Counted from the first letter of the stretch, positions 31,287 through 41,561 are shown. The stretch: DNA of 64,000 bases from Pueribacillus theae (GCF_003097615.1 NZ_QCZG01000013.1:16016-80015), one strand, 5' to 3'. A program made the numbers and translations. The notes: generated by a model not told the origin, from the letters alone.

Positions 31287-32714
31287 TCACTCCTGATTTT
31301 CATTTTTGGTGATTGGCTCATCAGTATCAATTGTTTTTTGTTCATCATTTAAAACGTCATTCGAATCGGAAGGATTGTTCCCTGCTATTCGATTCAATAT
31401 GTCATTTACATCTATGCCCGTCATTTGAGCCAAGCTCTCCTGTAAGTTTACCATCGTATTCGTCACTGTTTGCGGCAAACTATTTATCTGTTTGCCACTC
31501 CCGCCATCTAAAATACGAATGGATTCCACTTTACTAATTGGTTCAGATACAGCTGAAGCAAACTCAGGCATCATTTTTATAATCATTTCTGTTAACATAA
31601 CTTCCTTGTGCTTATGAAGCGCTTCCGCCCTTCTTTCGATTGCTGCCACTTCTGCTAAGCTTTTTTCTTCTATCTTTTTCGCCTCGGCTTCGGCTTCTTT
31701 CATTTTTTCATAGAATAACGCATCTGCTTGTTCTCTTCTTACCTTTACTTTTTCTTGTTCCAACTTTACATTGTTTTCTTGCTCTAATTGCTGCAGCAGC
31801 AATTCCCCTTCTTTTTTCTGTCTGTCAATTTTAATGCGTTCCTTTTCAATTTCAAGTCTTCTCGCTTCTTTTTCCAACTCATATGTCGCTTCTGCTTTCG
31901 CTTTTTCACGATTGGTTTCCGCTAAAATTTGGGAATCCTTAATTTCTTTTTCTTTTCTTGAATCAGCAATATTCATTTTACGCAAATATTCTTCTTTTGC
32001 AATTTCTTCGTTCATTTGAGCGACATGGACTTTTGTTTCTCTTTCATTCGTACTTTCTGCAATATCTGCTTGTTTTTTGACTTCGGATATTTTAGGCCGC
32101 CCAAGGTTCTCTAAATACCCTTCATCATCGGTAATATTTGTAAGCCCTAATGACGTGATTTTAAAACCCATTTCATCCAACTGGCTTTGCGCAATTTCTC
32201 TCACCTGTTCATTAAAGCTCTCACGGTTGCTATTAATATCTTCCACTGTCATTTTTGACAAAATGGCTCGTAAATTTGACCCTAGTACTTCTGAAATCTC
32301 ATCCTCAATTTCTTTTTGTTTTTTTCCAAGAAATTGTTCAGCATATTTCACAATCCCTTCTAACGTATCGGCAACCTTTACAGTTGCTACCGCTTCACCA
32401 AAAATACCGACACCTTGAAGCGTGTATACTTTCGGAGTGGTTATTTTCAGCTGAAAGGATGTTAGTGAAACAGGCGTATGCGTTTGAAACAACCTCAAAC
32501 GATGCCCACCACCACGGACAACCTTCATATACCGCCCTTGTTCATCTTGGAAAATATTCGATTCTTTATCGGGATCTCCTAATTTGGGCCCGGTAATAAT
32601 CATTGCTTCATTTGAAGGAACCGTTTTGTATCGTATCTTCATATAGAAATACCAAACAATTCCGCCAACTAACGCCAAGACTAATAAAATGAAAAGTACA
32701 GCCATTCCAATCAT
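31287..32714 (-). CDS. floT: flotillin-like protein FloT (SPFH/band-7 domain with C-terminal EA-rich coiled region)
   Basis: The ORF extends to 32723. I prefer the ATG at 32714, given AAAGGGG at suitable spacing. N-terminal TM, SPFH core and a long charged coiled-coil, as in B. subtilis YuaG. Confidence 0.8.
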   Translation of the reverse strand: MIGMAVLFILLVLALVGGIVWYFYMKIRYKTVPSNEAMIITGPKLGDPDKESNIFQDEQGRYMKVVRGGGHRLRLFQTHTPVSLTSFQLKITTPKVYTLQGVGIFGEAVATVKVADTLEGIVKYAEQFLGKKQKEIEDEISEVLGSNLRAILSKMTVEDINSNRESFNEQVREIAQSQLDEMGFKITSLGLTNITDDEGYLENLGRPKISEVKKQADIAESTNERETKVHVAQMNEEIAKEEYLRKMNIADSRKEKEIKDSQILAETNREKAKAEATYELEKEARRLEIEKERIKIDRQKKEGELLLQQLEQENNVKLEQEKVKVRREQADALFYEKMKEAEAEAKKIEEKSLAEVAAIERRAEALHKHKEVMLTEMIIKMMPEFASAVSEPISKVESIRILDGGSGKQINSLPQTVTNTMVNLQESLAQMTGIDVNDILNRIAGNNPSDSNDVLNDEQKTIDTDEPITKNENQE

Positions 32715-32985
32715 TTGAATCATCCCCTTTATAATAAATATACTTTACTAAACAATAATATTGAAGATCCCAGATCCAATTACTTTACAGGCGAGTTTAT
32801 GCGGGATAAAATTTTTCATTAAAAAAAGAACAGAGGCAATGTCTGTTCTTCATTTCAATCGATTTCATTGTCTATAAGGCAATGGTGAATCATCGGCCTA
32901 CTCATTCATAGGGGAATGCCAGTCATTTACGCATCCTTTTCATGAATGAACCATCATTCACTAATTTTAAAAAAATAAAAGAAGC

Positions 32986-34677
32986 TTAATTTTGACTCTC
33001 TTTCTTTTTCTCTTCCTCTACTAAATTTCTTCGCAAGATTTTGCCAATGGCTGTTTTAGGAAGCTCTTTTCGGAATTCATACAGTCTAGGAACCTTATAT
33101 GCAGCAAGATGTTTTCTGCAGTACTTGTCAAGCTCCTCTTCGGTACATTGTTTTCCTTCTTTTAAAACGATAAACGCTTTTACCGTTTCGCCTCTATATT
33201 TATCAGGAACGCCTACGACGACTGCTTCTTGGACACATTCGTTTTCATAAAGCACTTCTTCGACTTCACGCGGATAAATATTGTATCCTCCTGCAATAAT
33301 CATGTCTTTCTTTCGATCGACAATATAGAAATAGCCATTTTCATCCATATACCCCATATCACCTGTATAAAGCCAGCCATCCTTCAACACTTCGTCTGTT
33401 TCTTCAGGACGGTTCCAATATCCTTTCATCACTTGGGGGCCTTTTACGGCTAATTCCCCGATTTCATTTATCTCTGCAGTGCTTCCGTCAGGTCTCAAAA
33501 TCGCAGAATTTGTGTCAGGCCATGGAACGCCGATGCTGCCTTTGACACGTTCTCCCCAAATAAAATTCGCATGGGTGACTGGTGATGCTTCCGTTAAACC
33601 GTATCCTTCCACAAGCCTTCCCTTTGTTATTTCTTCGAATTTCTGTTGAACTTCTACAGGCAATGGTGCCGATCCGCTTATACAAGCATTTATTGATGAA
33701 AGGTCATATTTCTCAATGTCAGGATGATTCAACAAACCAATATACATCGTCGGCGCACCCGGGAACAATGTCGGCTTTTGCTTTTGGATCACCTTCAAAA
33801 CATCTTCTGGTTTAAACTGAGGCATCAAAATCATTTCGGACATCATCATAATCGATAGGTTCATTACAACTGTCATGCCATATACATGAAAGAAAGGTAG
33901 AATGGCAAGAATTCGCTCTTCTCCAGTTTTAGATTTATAAAGCCATGCCCGGCATTGCTGCGTGTTTGCAACAAGGTTATAGTGAGTCAACATGACACCC
34001 TTCGCAAGCCCGGTTGTACCGCCCGTATATTGCAAAAGGGCTATATCTTCTTTCGGGTTAATCGATACTTCAATGTCTTGGGCGACGCCTTTTTTTAGTA
34101 AGGAAACGAAGCGATGTGTGGAATCGTTATAATGGATGTTAACGATTAAGCCTTTTTGCTGTTTCTTCTGAACGATTGGATAAAGAAAATTCTTTGGAAA
34201 TGGCAAATAATCCTTCACACCCGTTACAATTACGTGTTCAAGTTTCGTTTTGTCTTTGACTTTCATCACTCTGGGATAAACTAAATCCAAGCAGATAATG
34301 ATCTTGGCGCCAGCGTCCGCCAACTGATGCTCAAGCTCCCTTTCCGTATAAAGGGGATTCGTTTGGACAACGACACCCCCGACTAACAAAATCGCATAAT
34401 AACTTATCACACTTTGTGGACAATTTGGAAGCATGACAGCTGCTCGATCACCTTTTTGCAAACCTAGTTTCTGCAACTCATTCGCTAATTTCAAAGCACT
34501 TTCATAAAGCTCCCCGTATGTCATTTCTTTCCCTAAAAAATGGATTGCCTTTTTCTCAGGGTGCTGTCTTACAGCTTCTTCTAAATAATAAAATAGAGGC
34601 TTTTCATCATAGAAAAGCGTTTTTGCAATCTCATCAGGATAATGCTCAAGCCACTTTTTTTCTAATGCTTGCGTCAT
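32986..34677 (-). CDS. lcfA: long-chain-fatty-acid--CoA ligase (LcfA/FadD-like)
   Basis: 563 aa with AMP-binding motifs (YTGGTTGLAKG, EGYGLTE, YTGDMGYMDENGYFYIVDRKKD). Confidence 0.8.
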   Translation of the reverse strand: MTQALEKKWLEHYPDEIAKTLFYDEKPLFYYLEEAVRQHPEKKAIHFLGKEMTYGELYESALKLANELQKLGLQKGDRAAVMLPNCPQSVISYYAILLVGGVVVQTNPLYTERELEHQLADAGAKIIICLDLVYPRVMKVKDKTKLEHVIVTGVKDYLPFPKNFLYPIVQKKQQKGLIVNIHYNDSTHRFVSLLKKGVAQDIEVSINPKEDIALLQYTGGTTGLAKGVMLTHYNLVANTQQCRAWLYKSKTGEERILAILPFFHVYGMTVVMNLSIMMMSEMILMPQFKPEDVLKVIQKQKPTLFPGAPTMYIGLLNHPDIEKYDLSSINACISGSAPLPVEVQQKFEEITKGRLVEGYGLTEASPVTHANFIWGERVKGSIGVPWPDTNSAILRPDGSTAEINEIGELAVKGPQVMKGYWNRPEETDEVLKDGWLYTGDMGYMDENGYFYIVDRKKDMIIAGGYNIYPREVEEVLYENECVQEAVVVGVPDKYRGETVKAFIVLKEGKQCTEEELDKYCRKHLAAYKVPRLYEFRKELPKTAIGKILRRNLVEEEKKKESQN

Positions 34678-34758
34678 GGCAAATCCTCCTCTTTACTTAT
34701 TTCACCCTTTCTACAGTATAAATGAAAACGATTACTTTAAGAAGGGCGAATTTATAGT

Positions 34759-35073
34759 TCAAGAGATTAGTTTTAATCCTATCGCTGCCACAACAACCAT
34801 GCTAATAAAAAGAATACGCAGCCAGTCTTTTGACTCTCCGTAAAAAAACATGCCTAATAGAACACCGCCGACCGTGCCAATGCCCGTCCAAACAGCATAA
34901 GCAGTCCCCATTGGTATGGTCTTCATCGCAAAGGTTAAGAGCGTTAAACTAATCGCAAATCCTCCTAGTAAAAGCGCAAACCATTTTAATTCTTTTTTTT
35001 CGCTGATCTTATTAAGCGCGAACACACCAAGCACTTCAAACATCCCGGCCAACACAAGTATAAACCACTCCAT
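34759..35073 (-). CDS. ykkD: SMR-family guanidinium exporter subunit (YkkD/GdnD-like)
   Basis: 104 aa, 4-TM SMR protein. Its start overlaps the upstream gene's stop (TAATG). Lies downstream of the guanidine-I riboswitch. Confidence 0.8.
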   Translation of the reverse strand: MEWFILVLAGMFEVLGVFALNKISEKKELKWFALLLGGFAISLTLLTFAMKTIPMGTAYAVWTGIGTVGGVLLGMFFYGESKDWLRILFISMVVVAAIGLKLIS

Positions 35074-35414
35074 TAGCCTCTCTCCTCTTTAAACTCTTTT
35101 TCTTCCGTTACCAATTGCAAACCGATGACTCCTGAAAGAAGCAGAAGAATAAGCAGCAGTTTTGCAATTTTAAATGGTTCCCCAAAAATAAGCATTTCCA
35201 CTAGGACTGTTCCGCCTGTTCCGAGCCCTGCAAAAACGGCATACGCTGTACCAACTGGCAGCTTTTTTGTTCCTTTAATCAATAAAATCGTACAGCTTAT
35301 AATCGCGATGATTGTTCCTGTCCATGTCAACCAATCATTCGCGTGCTTAAGGCCTGCCACCCAAACGATTTCAAAGCCTGCGGCTGAAAAAATATACAAC
35401 CAGTTCCTGTCCAA
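35073..35414 (-). CDS. ykkC: SMR-family guanidinium exporter subunit (YkkC/GdnC-like)
   Basis: 113 aa with a TTG start after GGAGTG. Aligns with B. subtilis YkkC (FEIVWVAGLKHA). Confidence 0.8.
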   Translation of the reverse strand: MDRNWLYIFSAAGFEIVWVAGLKHANDWLTWTGTIIAIISCTILLIKGTKKLPVGTAYAVFAGLGTGGTVLVEMLIFGEPFKIAKLLLILLLLSGVIGLQLVTEEKEFKEERG

Positions 35415-35444
35415 TTCAAAACCACTCCTTTACAGCATGTTTTT

Positions 35445-35570
35445 CCCAAACAAAAAAGCCCGAGAGATATCTAATATCGATATCCTCCCGGGCTTTTATC
35501 CCTCCGTGTACACAGGTAAACCGTGCGTTTTCTCTCGGACCAGTCCAGGCAAAGCTGCGGAACCCTAGAA
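35445..35570 (-). ncRNA. guanidine-I riboswitch (ykkC-ykkD leader) with intrinsic terminator
   Basis: The minus strand reads UCUAGGGUUCCG...CUGGACUGGUCCGAGAGAAAACGCACGG...ACACGGAGGGAUAAAAGCCCGGGAGG, matching the conserved guanidine-I aptamer blocks. A terminator follows at 35452-35497 (GCCCGGGAGG..CUCUCGGGCUUUUUU). An extended -10 (TGcTATAAT) sits at 35584-35592. Confidence 0.85.
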
Positions 35571-35584
35571 AACAATTATTTCTA

Positions 35585-36451
35585 TTATAGCATATTTTTC
35601 TTCATACGGGGGCAATAAGAACACATGGAACAGCCAGGTATTTCAAAAAAGAAACAGCACGTTACACGTTTGTAGTCGTTCATTGCTTCCTCTAATGTCC
35701 GTCTATTCAAAAAACGTCCAAAAGGGGAACGGCGCTCAATTCCTTCCCATACTCCATTTTGTATAAGAAAGTCCAGATCTGCAAGGGCTTTATCCTTTTC
35801 TGGTATAAGCATTGAATACATCCATATAACATAACCCCATACGTTTTCCCATAAAATAAGTCTAGAGATTTTAGTTTTTTTAGCAAGATGTTGGATAGTG
35901 TCGCCAGCAAATGTACCTAAAATCGTCTGAAAAGCTTTTTTAGCTTCTTTATCAGAAACCTTTACCCATTCATCTTTTTCAAAGTAAAAAGACGGTAGCC
36001 AATTCTCGCCTTGAAAAGAGTCAATAACATGGATATTCTTTAATGTTCCTGTCCATAACAGCCGATATTTGCTTAGCATAAACAACAGGGCAACAACTAC
36101 AAAAGCATATCTTCTCACCCACATTGAACTCTTTACTCTTGGAATGCTCGCCTTTGTATGTTTTTCTGTCGTGCGGAGTGCTTCGGCATAATTAGATGCG
36201 AGAAAAATAGCATTGTCTTTTTCTTTGACAATCCGGTATTGCTTTAACTCTTTCCACTGTTCTTTTGTCAGTTTATGCACCTGAAACTGCCTCTTTGTCT
36301 TTAAACAAGCAGCGTCCTCTTCCGTAAGGGACACAAAATGGCGTGCCAAACATCGGATCGGTTGAGATGTGACACTCCATATTAAACACATGACGTACGG
36401 TCTCGCAGGTAACCACTTGCTCTGGTTTGCCTTGTACATAGACGGTTCCAT
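35585..36451 (-). CDS. FhuF-like ferric-siderophore reductase family protein (C-terminal C-C-x9-C-x2-C-x2-C cluster); start uncertain
   Basis: C-terminal CCFFFEIPGCSMCSYCPR resembles the FhuF 2Fe-2S ligand pattern. The ORF as drawn overlaps the upstream ATPase by 179 nt in another frame. No start candidate has a good RBS. Confidence 0.5.
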   Translation of the reverse strand: MEPSMYKANQSKWLPARPYVMCLIWSVTSQPIRCLARHFVSLTEEDAACLKTKRQFQVHKLTKEQWKELKQYRIVKEKDNAIFLASNYAEALRTTEKHTKASIPRVKSSMWVRRYAFVVVALLFMLSKYRLLWTGTLKNIHVIDSFQGENWLPSFYFEKDEWVKVSDKEAKKAFQTILGTFAGDTIQHLAKKTKISRLILWENVWGYVIWMYSMLIPEKDKALADLDFLIQNGVWEGIERRSPFGRFLNRRTLEEAMNDYKRVTCCFFFEIPGCSMCSYCPRMKKNML

Positions 36452-37097
36452 CTTTTATTGCCACTAAATTGTGGGCATATCGGCAAGCTAAATTTAAATC
36501 ATGCAACACCATAATAATCGTCCGTTTTTCTTTTTCATTTAACTCAAACAATAAATCCAATATTTCAATTTGATGCGCCATATCCAAATATGTTGTCGGC
36601 TCATCAAGTAAAATTGTATCAGTGTCTTGCGCCAATGTCATTGCGATCCACGCCCGTTGGCGCTGGCCGCCAGACAGTTCATCAACAGGCTGATCACTCA
36701 GCTCTTCCAATTTCGTTGCTTTAATGGCGCCTTGAACCTTTAATTCATCTGTTTTTGACCATTTTTTCAACCAGGAATGATGCGGATATCTCCCCTGTTT
36801 AACGAGCTGATAGACCGTTAACCCTTCCGGAGCAATTGGGGATTGCGGCAAAATTGCCATTTTTTTAGCGACTTCTTTCGTAGACATTTTTGCAATATCA
36901 TTTCCTTCAAGCATGACAGCTCCGGCTTTTGCTTTAAGCAGGCGGGCTGCTGAACGAAGCAATGTTGATTTTCCACAACCATTCGCTCCGATAAACACCG
37001 TAATTTCTCCTTTTGATATTTCAAGATCCAGTTCTTTAATAATTAGCTTATCTCCGTAACCAAGAGATAATGAGTGTGCAGAAAGCATAGTTTTCAT
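36273..37097 (-). CDS. iron-siderophore ABC transporter ATP-binding protein (FecE/FhuC/YusV-like)
   Basis: Walker A GANGCGKST, ABC signature LSGGQRQR, Walker B ILLDEPTTYLD. GAGGAGAG RBS. Confidence 0.85.
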   Translation of the reverse strand: MKTMLSAHSLSLGYGDKLIIKELDLEISKGEITVFIGANGCGKSTLLRSAARLLKAKAGAVMLEGNDIAKMSTKEVAKKMAILPQSPIAPEGLTVYQLVKQGRYPHHSWLKKWSKTDELKVQGAIKATKLEELSDQPVDELSGGQRQRAWIAMTLAQDTDTILLDEPTTYLDMAHQIEILDLLFELNEKEKRTIIMVLHDLNLACRYAHNLVAIKDGTVYVQGKPEQVVTCETVRHVFNMECHISTDPMFGTPFCVPYGRGRCLFKDKEAVSGA

Positions 37098-37149
37098 TAA
37101 GATGCTCTCCTCTCATTTCAAATGATTTTCATTCTCAATTAAGTATATT

Positions 37150-37168
37150 GAAAATGATTCTCACTGTC
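37150..37168. promoter_or_regulatory. Fur box-like site GAAAATGATTCTCACTGTC (about 14 of 19 positions match the consensus)
   Basis: Lies in the divergent intergenic region between the ABC ATPase and the binding-protein gene. Confidence 0.45.
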
Positions 37169-37229
37169 AATTTTCCTTTTTTCTGAAAAATAATGCTTGT
37201 TATTTTTCAAATGAATGAATACAATAAAT

Positions 37230-37248
37230 GAGAATGATTATCATAATC
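37230..37248. promoter_or_regulatory. Fur box GAGAATGATTATCATAATC (about 16 of 19 positions match GATAATGATAATCATTATC)
   Basis: Lies 25-45 nt upstream of the binding-protein start. Additional AATGA repeats are adjacent. Confidence 0.65.
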
Positions 37249-37273
37249 AATAAAATTCTGGAGGTAATAACAA

Positions 37274-38284
37274 GTGAAAAAATTTTCCCTTTTATTCCCT
37301 GTACTTATCATATTCTTACTCATAGCAGCTTGCTCTCAAAATGACAAGCAAAGTAAGAACAGTAACGAAAACGACGATAAAACGTCAGAGGCAGCCCAAG
37401 GAAACCCTGTGACCATTTCAGGCGTACTTGGGGATGTACAGCTTGATGAACCTGCCAAAAAAGTCGTTGTACTCGAATGGACATATGCTGAAAATTTGCT
37501 GGCAGTTGGCATTCAGCCGACAGGTGTTGCAGATATTCAAGGATATAAAGATTGGGTCAAGATCGATAAGGAGCTTGATGGAAATACAGTTGATGTTGGG
37601 ACAAGGCAAGAACCAAGCCTTGAAAAAATTGCTTCACTTGAACCAGATTTAATTATTGCAATTAAATTCCGGCATGAAGCAATAAAAAATGAACTTGAAA
37701 ATATTGCTCCGACCGTCTTTTTCGATCCTTACCCAACAGATGAATCGTTCGATCAATATACTGAGATGGAATCCACATTCAAAGAAATTGCAAAAGCGGT
37801 TGGAAAATCCGAGGAAGCGGAAAACGTTCTTAAAGAGTTAGATGAAGTATATGCAGACGCGAAAGAAAAAATTGAAAATGGAGACTTAGAAACAAAAGAT
37901 GTTGTTTTAACACAAGCGTACAGTGCAAACCAGGCGCCTGAAATTCGTTTGTTTACACCGAATTCTCTCGCATCCGTCATTCTGGAAAAGATTGGGTTGA
38001 ATAATCTTCATCAATCCAAACAATTTGAAGTATATGGCTATAGCACAGTGAATGTTGAAGCATTAACGAAATATGAAAATGCAAATTTCCTTTATGTCGT
38101 TCAGGATAACGACAATGTGTTTGAAAACCAGCTGAAAAATAATAAAGTATGGAATAATCTTTCATTTGTGAAAGAAAACCGCACTTATTCTTTAGGTGGA
38201 GATACGTGGCTGTTTGGCGGACCTTTATCTGCAAAAACCTTGGCTGAGCAAATCGTTGATGTGATGGTGACGGAAGAAAAATGA
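37274..38284 (+). CDS. iron-siderophore ABC transporter substrate-binding lipoprotein (FhuD/FeuA-like)
   Basis: GTG start after GGAGGT. Lipobox LIAACSQ. Class III periplasmic binding protein signature. Confidence 0.8.
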   Translation: MKKFSLLFPVLIIFLLIAACSQNDKQSKNSNENDDKTSEAAQGNPVTISGVLGDVQLDEPAKKVVVLEWTYAENLLAVGIQPTGVADIQGYKDWVKIDKELDGNTVDVGTRQEPSLEKIASLEPDLIIAIKFRHEAIKNELENIAPTVFFDPYPTDESFDQYTEMESTFKEIAKAVGKSEEAENVLKELDEVYADAKEKIENGDLETKDVVLTQAYSANQAPEIRLFTPNSLASVILEKIGLNNLHQSKQFEVYGYSTVNVEALTKYENANFLYVVQDNDNVFENQLKNNKVWNNLSFVKENRTYSLGGDTWLFGGPLSAKTLAEQIVDVMVTEEK

Positions 38285-40248
38285 GTGTTTTCCACTGGAA
38301 GTCCTTGTGTTCTTTAGCAGGGGGCTTCCTTATCTTATTGATTGTCAGTATCATTCACCTTACTCAAGGACAAGCAGACTATACCTTTCAACAAATGTTT
38401 TCAGAAGTATGGATAGAAGGGCGTTTTCAGGATATTTTTCTCGGCCTTCGCCTTCCGCGTCTTGTGGTTGGGGTTTTAACCGGAGGAGCACTTGCAGTGT
38501 CAGGCGTCATCCTCCAAACATTGACGAACAATCCACTTGCATCTGCCAGTACACTTGGCATCAATGCCGGCGCCTTCTTTTTCGTCGTATTTTCGATGAT
38601 CTTTTTCCCTAACATTCTTGGCCAATATCCGTTCATTGTTGCATTGTTTGGTGCAGTTTTCTCTACATTTCTTGTTCTGACGCTTGCAGGAAAAACACTG
38701 GATCCTGTACGCGTTGCTTTAACAGGCATGATTGTGTCTTTATTATTTTCTTCTTTAACCGGAGCACTTCAATTATTGTTTGAAAATGAAACGAACGGCC
38801 TTTTTTTATGGGGATCTGGTACGCTTATTCAACTTGATTGGAACGGAATTCAATTCTCACTTCCTTTTATTGCGGTTGGTACTATTGCTGCAATTATGAT
38901 CGGCAAATCACTTGATGTGTTATCTCTTGGCGATGATATTGCAAGATCGCTTGGCCAATCAATCGTAAAAATGAAATTTTTTGCATGGGGAATTGCGGTT
39001 GGCCTTGCTGCGGTCACGGTTAGCGTTGTCGGGCCAATCGGCTTTATCGGTTTAATTGCGCCGCATATTGTTCGGCTACTCGGGATACGGGGACACCGCA
39101 ATGTCATCATCCATTCATTTTTATGGGGAAGTGTGCTTCTCATTTCCGCCGATGTACTCGCACGCTGGATTCAACCGGCCGAAGAATTTCCTGTCGGCGC
39201 GATGACAGCGCTCATTGGGGCACCATGGCTAATGTATTTGGCTTACCGTACAGCCAAGCGGCAAAAAAGAGGTGAGAAATCACTCGGCGGTACAAAAAGG
39301 CCTGTCCCCCTAAAATGGGTAATCCCTCTCATTGCTGCTGGAATTTGTACGATGTTTTTTATTTCTTTTTCTTACAGCGGCGCATCTGCCTGGTCCCCGG
39401 TTTCTGAATGGACCTCTACGATTGTGTGGAACTTTCGCATTCCGCGCGTTATTACTGCATTTGTAATTGGTGTCATGCTTGCAATTAGCGGTGTTTTGCT
39501 TCAAGGTGTCCTGCGTAATCCTTTAGCTGATGCAAGTGTGCTTGGGATTACTTCAATGGGCGGAGCAGGCGCGATGACATTGCTCATTCTTTTGCCTGTC
39601 CTCTCTTATTCTTGGATGCCAATAGGCGCCATCATTGGTTCTGCCCTGGCGATCGCAATCATTATAGTCATCTCTAGGAAGAACAACTTTCAGCCGATCC
39701 TAGTCGCATTGATAGGAATTTCTGTTTCTGCTTTCGGCTCAGCCTTGATTCAGATCATGATTGTAAAATCAAGGCTTGTTGTTGCAGCAGCGTTAGTGTG
39801 GCTCTCTGGAAGCACCTACGCGAAAGGATGGGAAGATGTATCACTTATTCTTATTCTCTCAGTCATTCTTATTCCAATTGCCCTTTATTTCACCCGTCCG
39901 CTTGATGCACTGTCTTTCGGCGATGATCTTGCCGCAAGCCATGGTCTTGTCGTTTCAAAAACACGTATTTGGTCGCTTCTTATCGGAGTTGCGTTAAGTG
40001 CAGTCGCTGTTTCGATTGTCGGAACGATTGGTTTTATCGGCCTGCTTGCGCCCCATGCCGCCCGCCGCCTAGTTGGCTACAGACATTTGCCTCTCATGCT
40101 TGTAAGCGGTCTTTTAGGCGGCTTGCTTCTCGTAACTGCTGACTTTATCAGCCGGGTAGCGCTAGCACCAAAGGAGATTCCCTCAGGGCTTATGGTTGCG
40201 TTAATTGGTACACCTTATTTGCTTTATTTATTACGAAAGATTAGATAA
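38281..40248 (+). CDS. fused two-domain FecCD-family iron-siderophore ABC permease (FhuB-like)
   Basis: 655 aa with two tandem FecCD permease halves. Overlaps the binding-protein stop by 4 nt. Confidence 0.8.
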   Translation: MSVFHWKSLCSLAGGFLILLIVSIIHLTQGQADYTFQQMFSEVWIEGRFQDIFLGLRLPRLVVGVLTGGALAVSGVILQTLTNNPLASASTLGINAGAFFFVVFSMIFFPNILGQYPFIVALFGAVFSTFLVLTLAGKTLDPVRVALTGMIVSLLFSSLTGALQLLFENETNGLFLWGSGTLIQLDWNGIQFSLPFIAVGTIAAIMIGKSLDVLSLGDDIARSLGQSIVKMKFFAWGIAVGLAAVTVSVVGPIGFIGLIAPHIVRLLGIRGHRNVIIHSFLWGSVLLISADVLARWIQPAEEFPVGAMTALIGAPWLMYLAYRTAKRQKRGEKSLGGTKRPVPLKWVIPLIAAGICTMFFISFSYSGASAWSPVSEWTSTIVWNFRIPRVITAFVIGVMLAISGVLLQGVLRNPLADASVLGITSMGGAGAMTLLILLPVLSYSWMPIGAIIGSALAIAIIIVISRKNNFQPILVALIGISVSAFGSALIQIMIVKSRLVVAAALVWLSGSTYAKGWEDVSLILILSVILIPIALYFTRPLDALSFGDDLAASHGLVVSKTRIWSLLIGVALSAVAVSIVGTIGFIGLLAPHAARRLVGYRHLPLMLVSGLLGGLLLVTADFISRVALAPKEIPSGLMVALIGTPYLLYLLRKIR

Positions 40249-40410
40249 TTGCATTTGGATCCTCTGGTGCTGATACAATTTTTTTTCATGTTTATTTACC
40301 GCTTGTTCAATCCTTTAAAACGGCGAACTCTCTTTTTCGTATAGGCAGCGGTTCTTTTCTTATTCGTTTAATTATCGTGGCAATCATTAAAAACTAACTT
40401 TCAGAAGAAA

Positions 40411-40450
40411 AGGCACCCCTATCCACAAGAAAAATAGAGGTGCCGATTCG
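40411..40450 (-). terminator. terminator downstream of the LLM oxidoreductase
   Basis: GGCACCCCTAT...ATAGAGGTGCC stem with one mismatch, followed by a T-rich tract on the minus strand. Confidence 0.45.
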
Positions 40451-40476
40451 ATTAATTTCGGAATATGGAGGGAAAA

Positions 40477-41481
40477 TTATCCCAACTTCGAAAGAATTTC
40501 ATACGAACGAAGCCTTGCTTCATGATCATAAATCTGCGTGTTAATGATAAGCTCATCCGCTTTTGTTCGCTCAATAAACGCTGTCAATTCTTTTCTAACT
40601 TTTTCTGGCCCTCCAACGATGGATGAATTTAACCTTTGTTGTAGCGCCGCTTTTTCAAATTCGGTGTAAAGCCCTTCCATACTCTCGACCGGCGGCTGAA
40701 GCGGCATCGGAGTATTGCGAATCAAGTTTAGAAATTGCTGCTGCATCGATGTCGACAAACGCTCTGCTTCAGCATCTGTGTCAGCGGCAATCACGTTAAC
40801 GCCAAGCATGGCGTATGGGTTTTCGAGAACTTCTGACGGCTCAAAATGAGAACGGTAGATTTCCAAAGCAGGCATCGTATTTTCTGCGGCAAAATGGCTC
40901 GCGAAAGAAAATGGGAGCCCAAGCTGCGCAGAAAGCCTGGCACTAAAGCCGCTAGACCCGAGCAGCCAAATAGGAATGTTTAACCCTTCCCCTGGGAATG
41001 CACGTACGCGCCGCCTTCCCGTATCATCACGTTCAAAGTAGGAACGCAACTCTGCGAGCTGTTCAGGGAAATCACTCCCGTCACTCATATGATTTCGACG
41101 TAATGCAAACATTGTCATTTGATCCGTACCCGGCGCCCGGCCAAGCCCAAGATCGATACGTCCCGGGTAGAGTGATTCCAACGTTCCGAACTGTTCCGCG
41201 ATGACAAGAGGTGCGTGATTCGGCAGCATAATCCCACCAGAACCGACGCGGATACTCGATGTTCCTCCCGCAACGTATCCGATTAAAACAGAGGTTGCCG
41301 AGCTTCCGATGCCAGGCATATTGTGATGCTCCGCCAGCCAGTATCTGTTGTAACCTAACCGCTCTGCATGCTGTGCAAGATCAAGTGTATTGCGGAACGA
41401 ATCAGCAGCTGTCCCTCCGGAAAGAATAGGTGAAAGATCAAGAACTGATAATGGTACATTATGAAAAGTAAGAGTAGACAT
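40477..41481 (-). CDS. LLM-class (luciferase-like) flavin-dependent oxidoreductase
   Basis: 334-aa bacterial luciferase-like TIM-barrel signature ([16 protein letters not shown]). Confidence 0.75.
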   Translation of the reverse strand: MSTLTFHNVPLSVLDLSPILSGGTAADSFRNTLDLAQHAERLGYNRYWLAEHHNMPGIGSSATSVLIGYVAGGTSSIRVGSGGIMLPNHAPLVIAEQFGTLESLYPGRIDLGLGRAPGTDQMTMFALRRNHMSDGSDFPEQLAELRSYFERDDTGRRRVRAFPGEGLNIPIWLLGSSGFSARLSAQLGLPFSFASHFAAENTMPALEIYRSHFEPSEVLENPYAMLGVNVIAADTDAEAERLSTSMQQQFLNLIRNTPMPLQPPVESMEGLYTEFEKAALQQRLNSSIVGGPEKVRKELTAFIERTKADELIINTQIYDHEARLRSYEILSKLG

Positions 41482-41561
41482 ATGTTCATCTTCTTTCTTA
41501 GATAATGTTATATTTAGTTTACAATAGCCAACTCTTTTTTCAAAACAGAAAGGTTGATTTG

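Noticed and set aside
31062-31352. 96-aa plus-strand ORF spanning the floT terminator and the dispersed repeat.
   Set aside because: Crosses an intrinsic terminator and an intergenic repeat and is antisense to floT's 3' end. No RBS.
36818-37024. 68-aa ORF inside the ABC ATPase gene.
   Set aside because: Alternative frame of a clearly conserved ATPase. Spurious.
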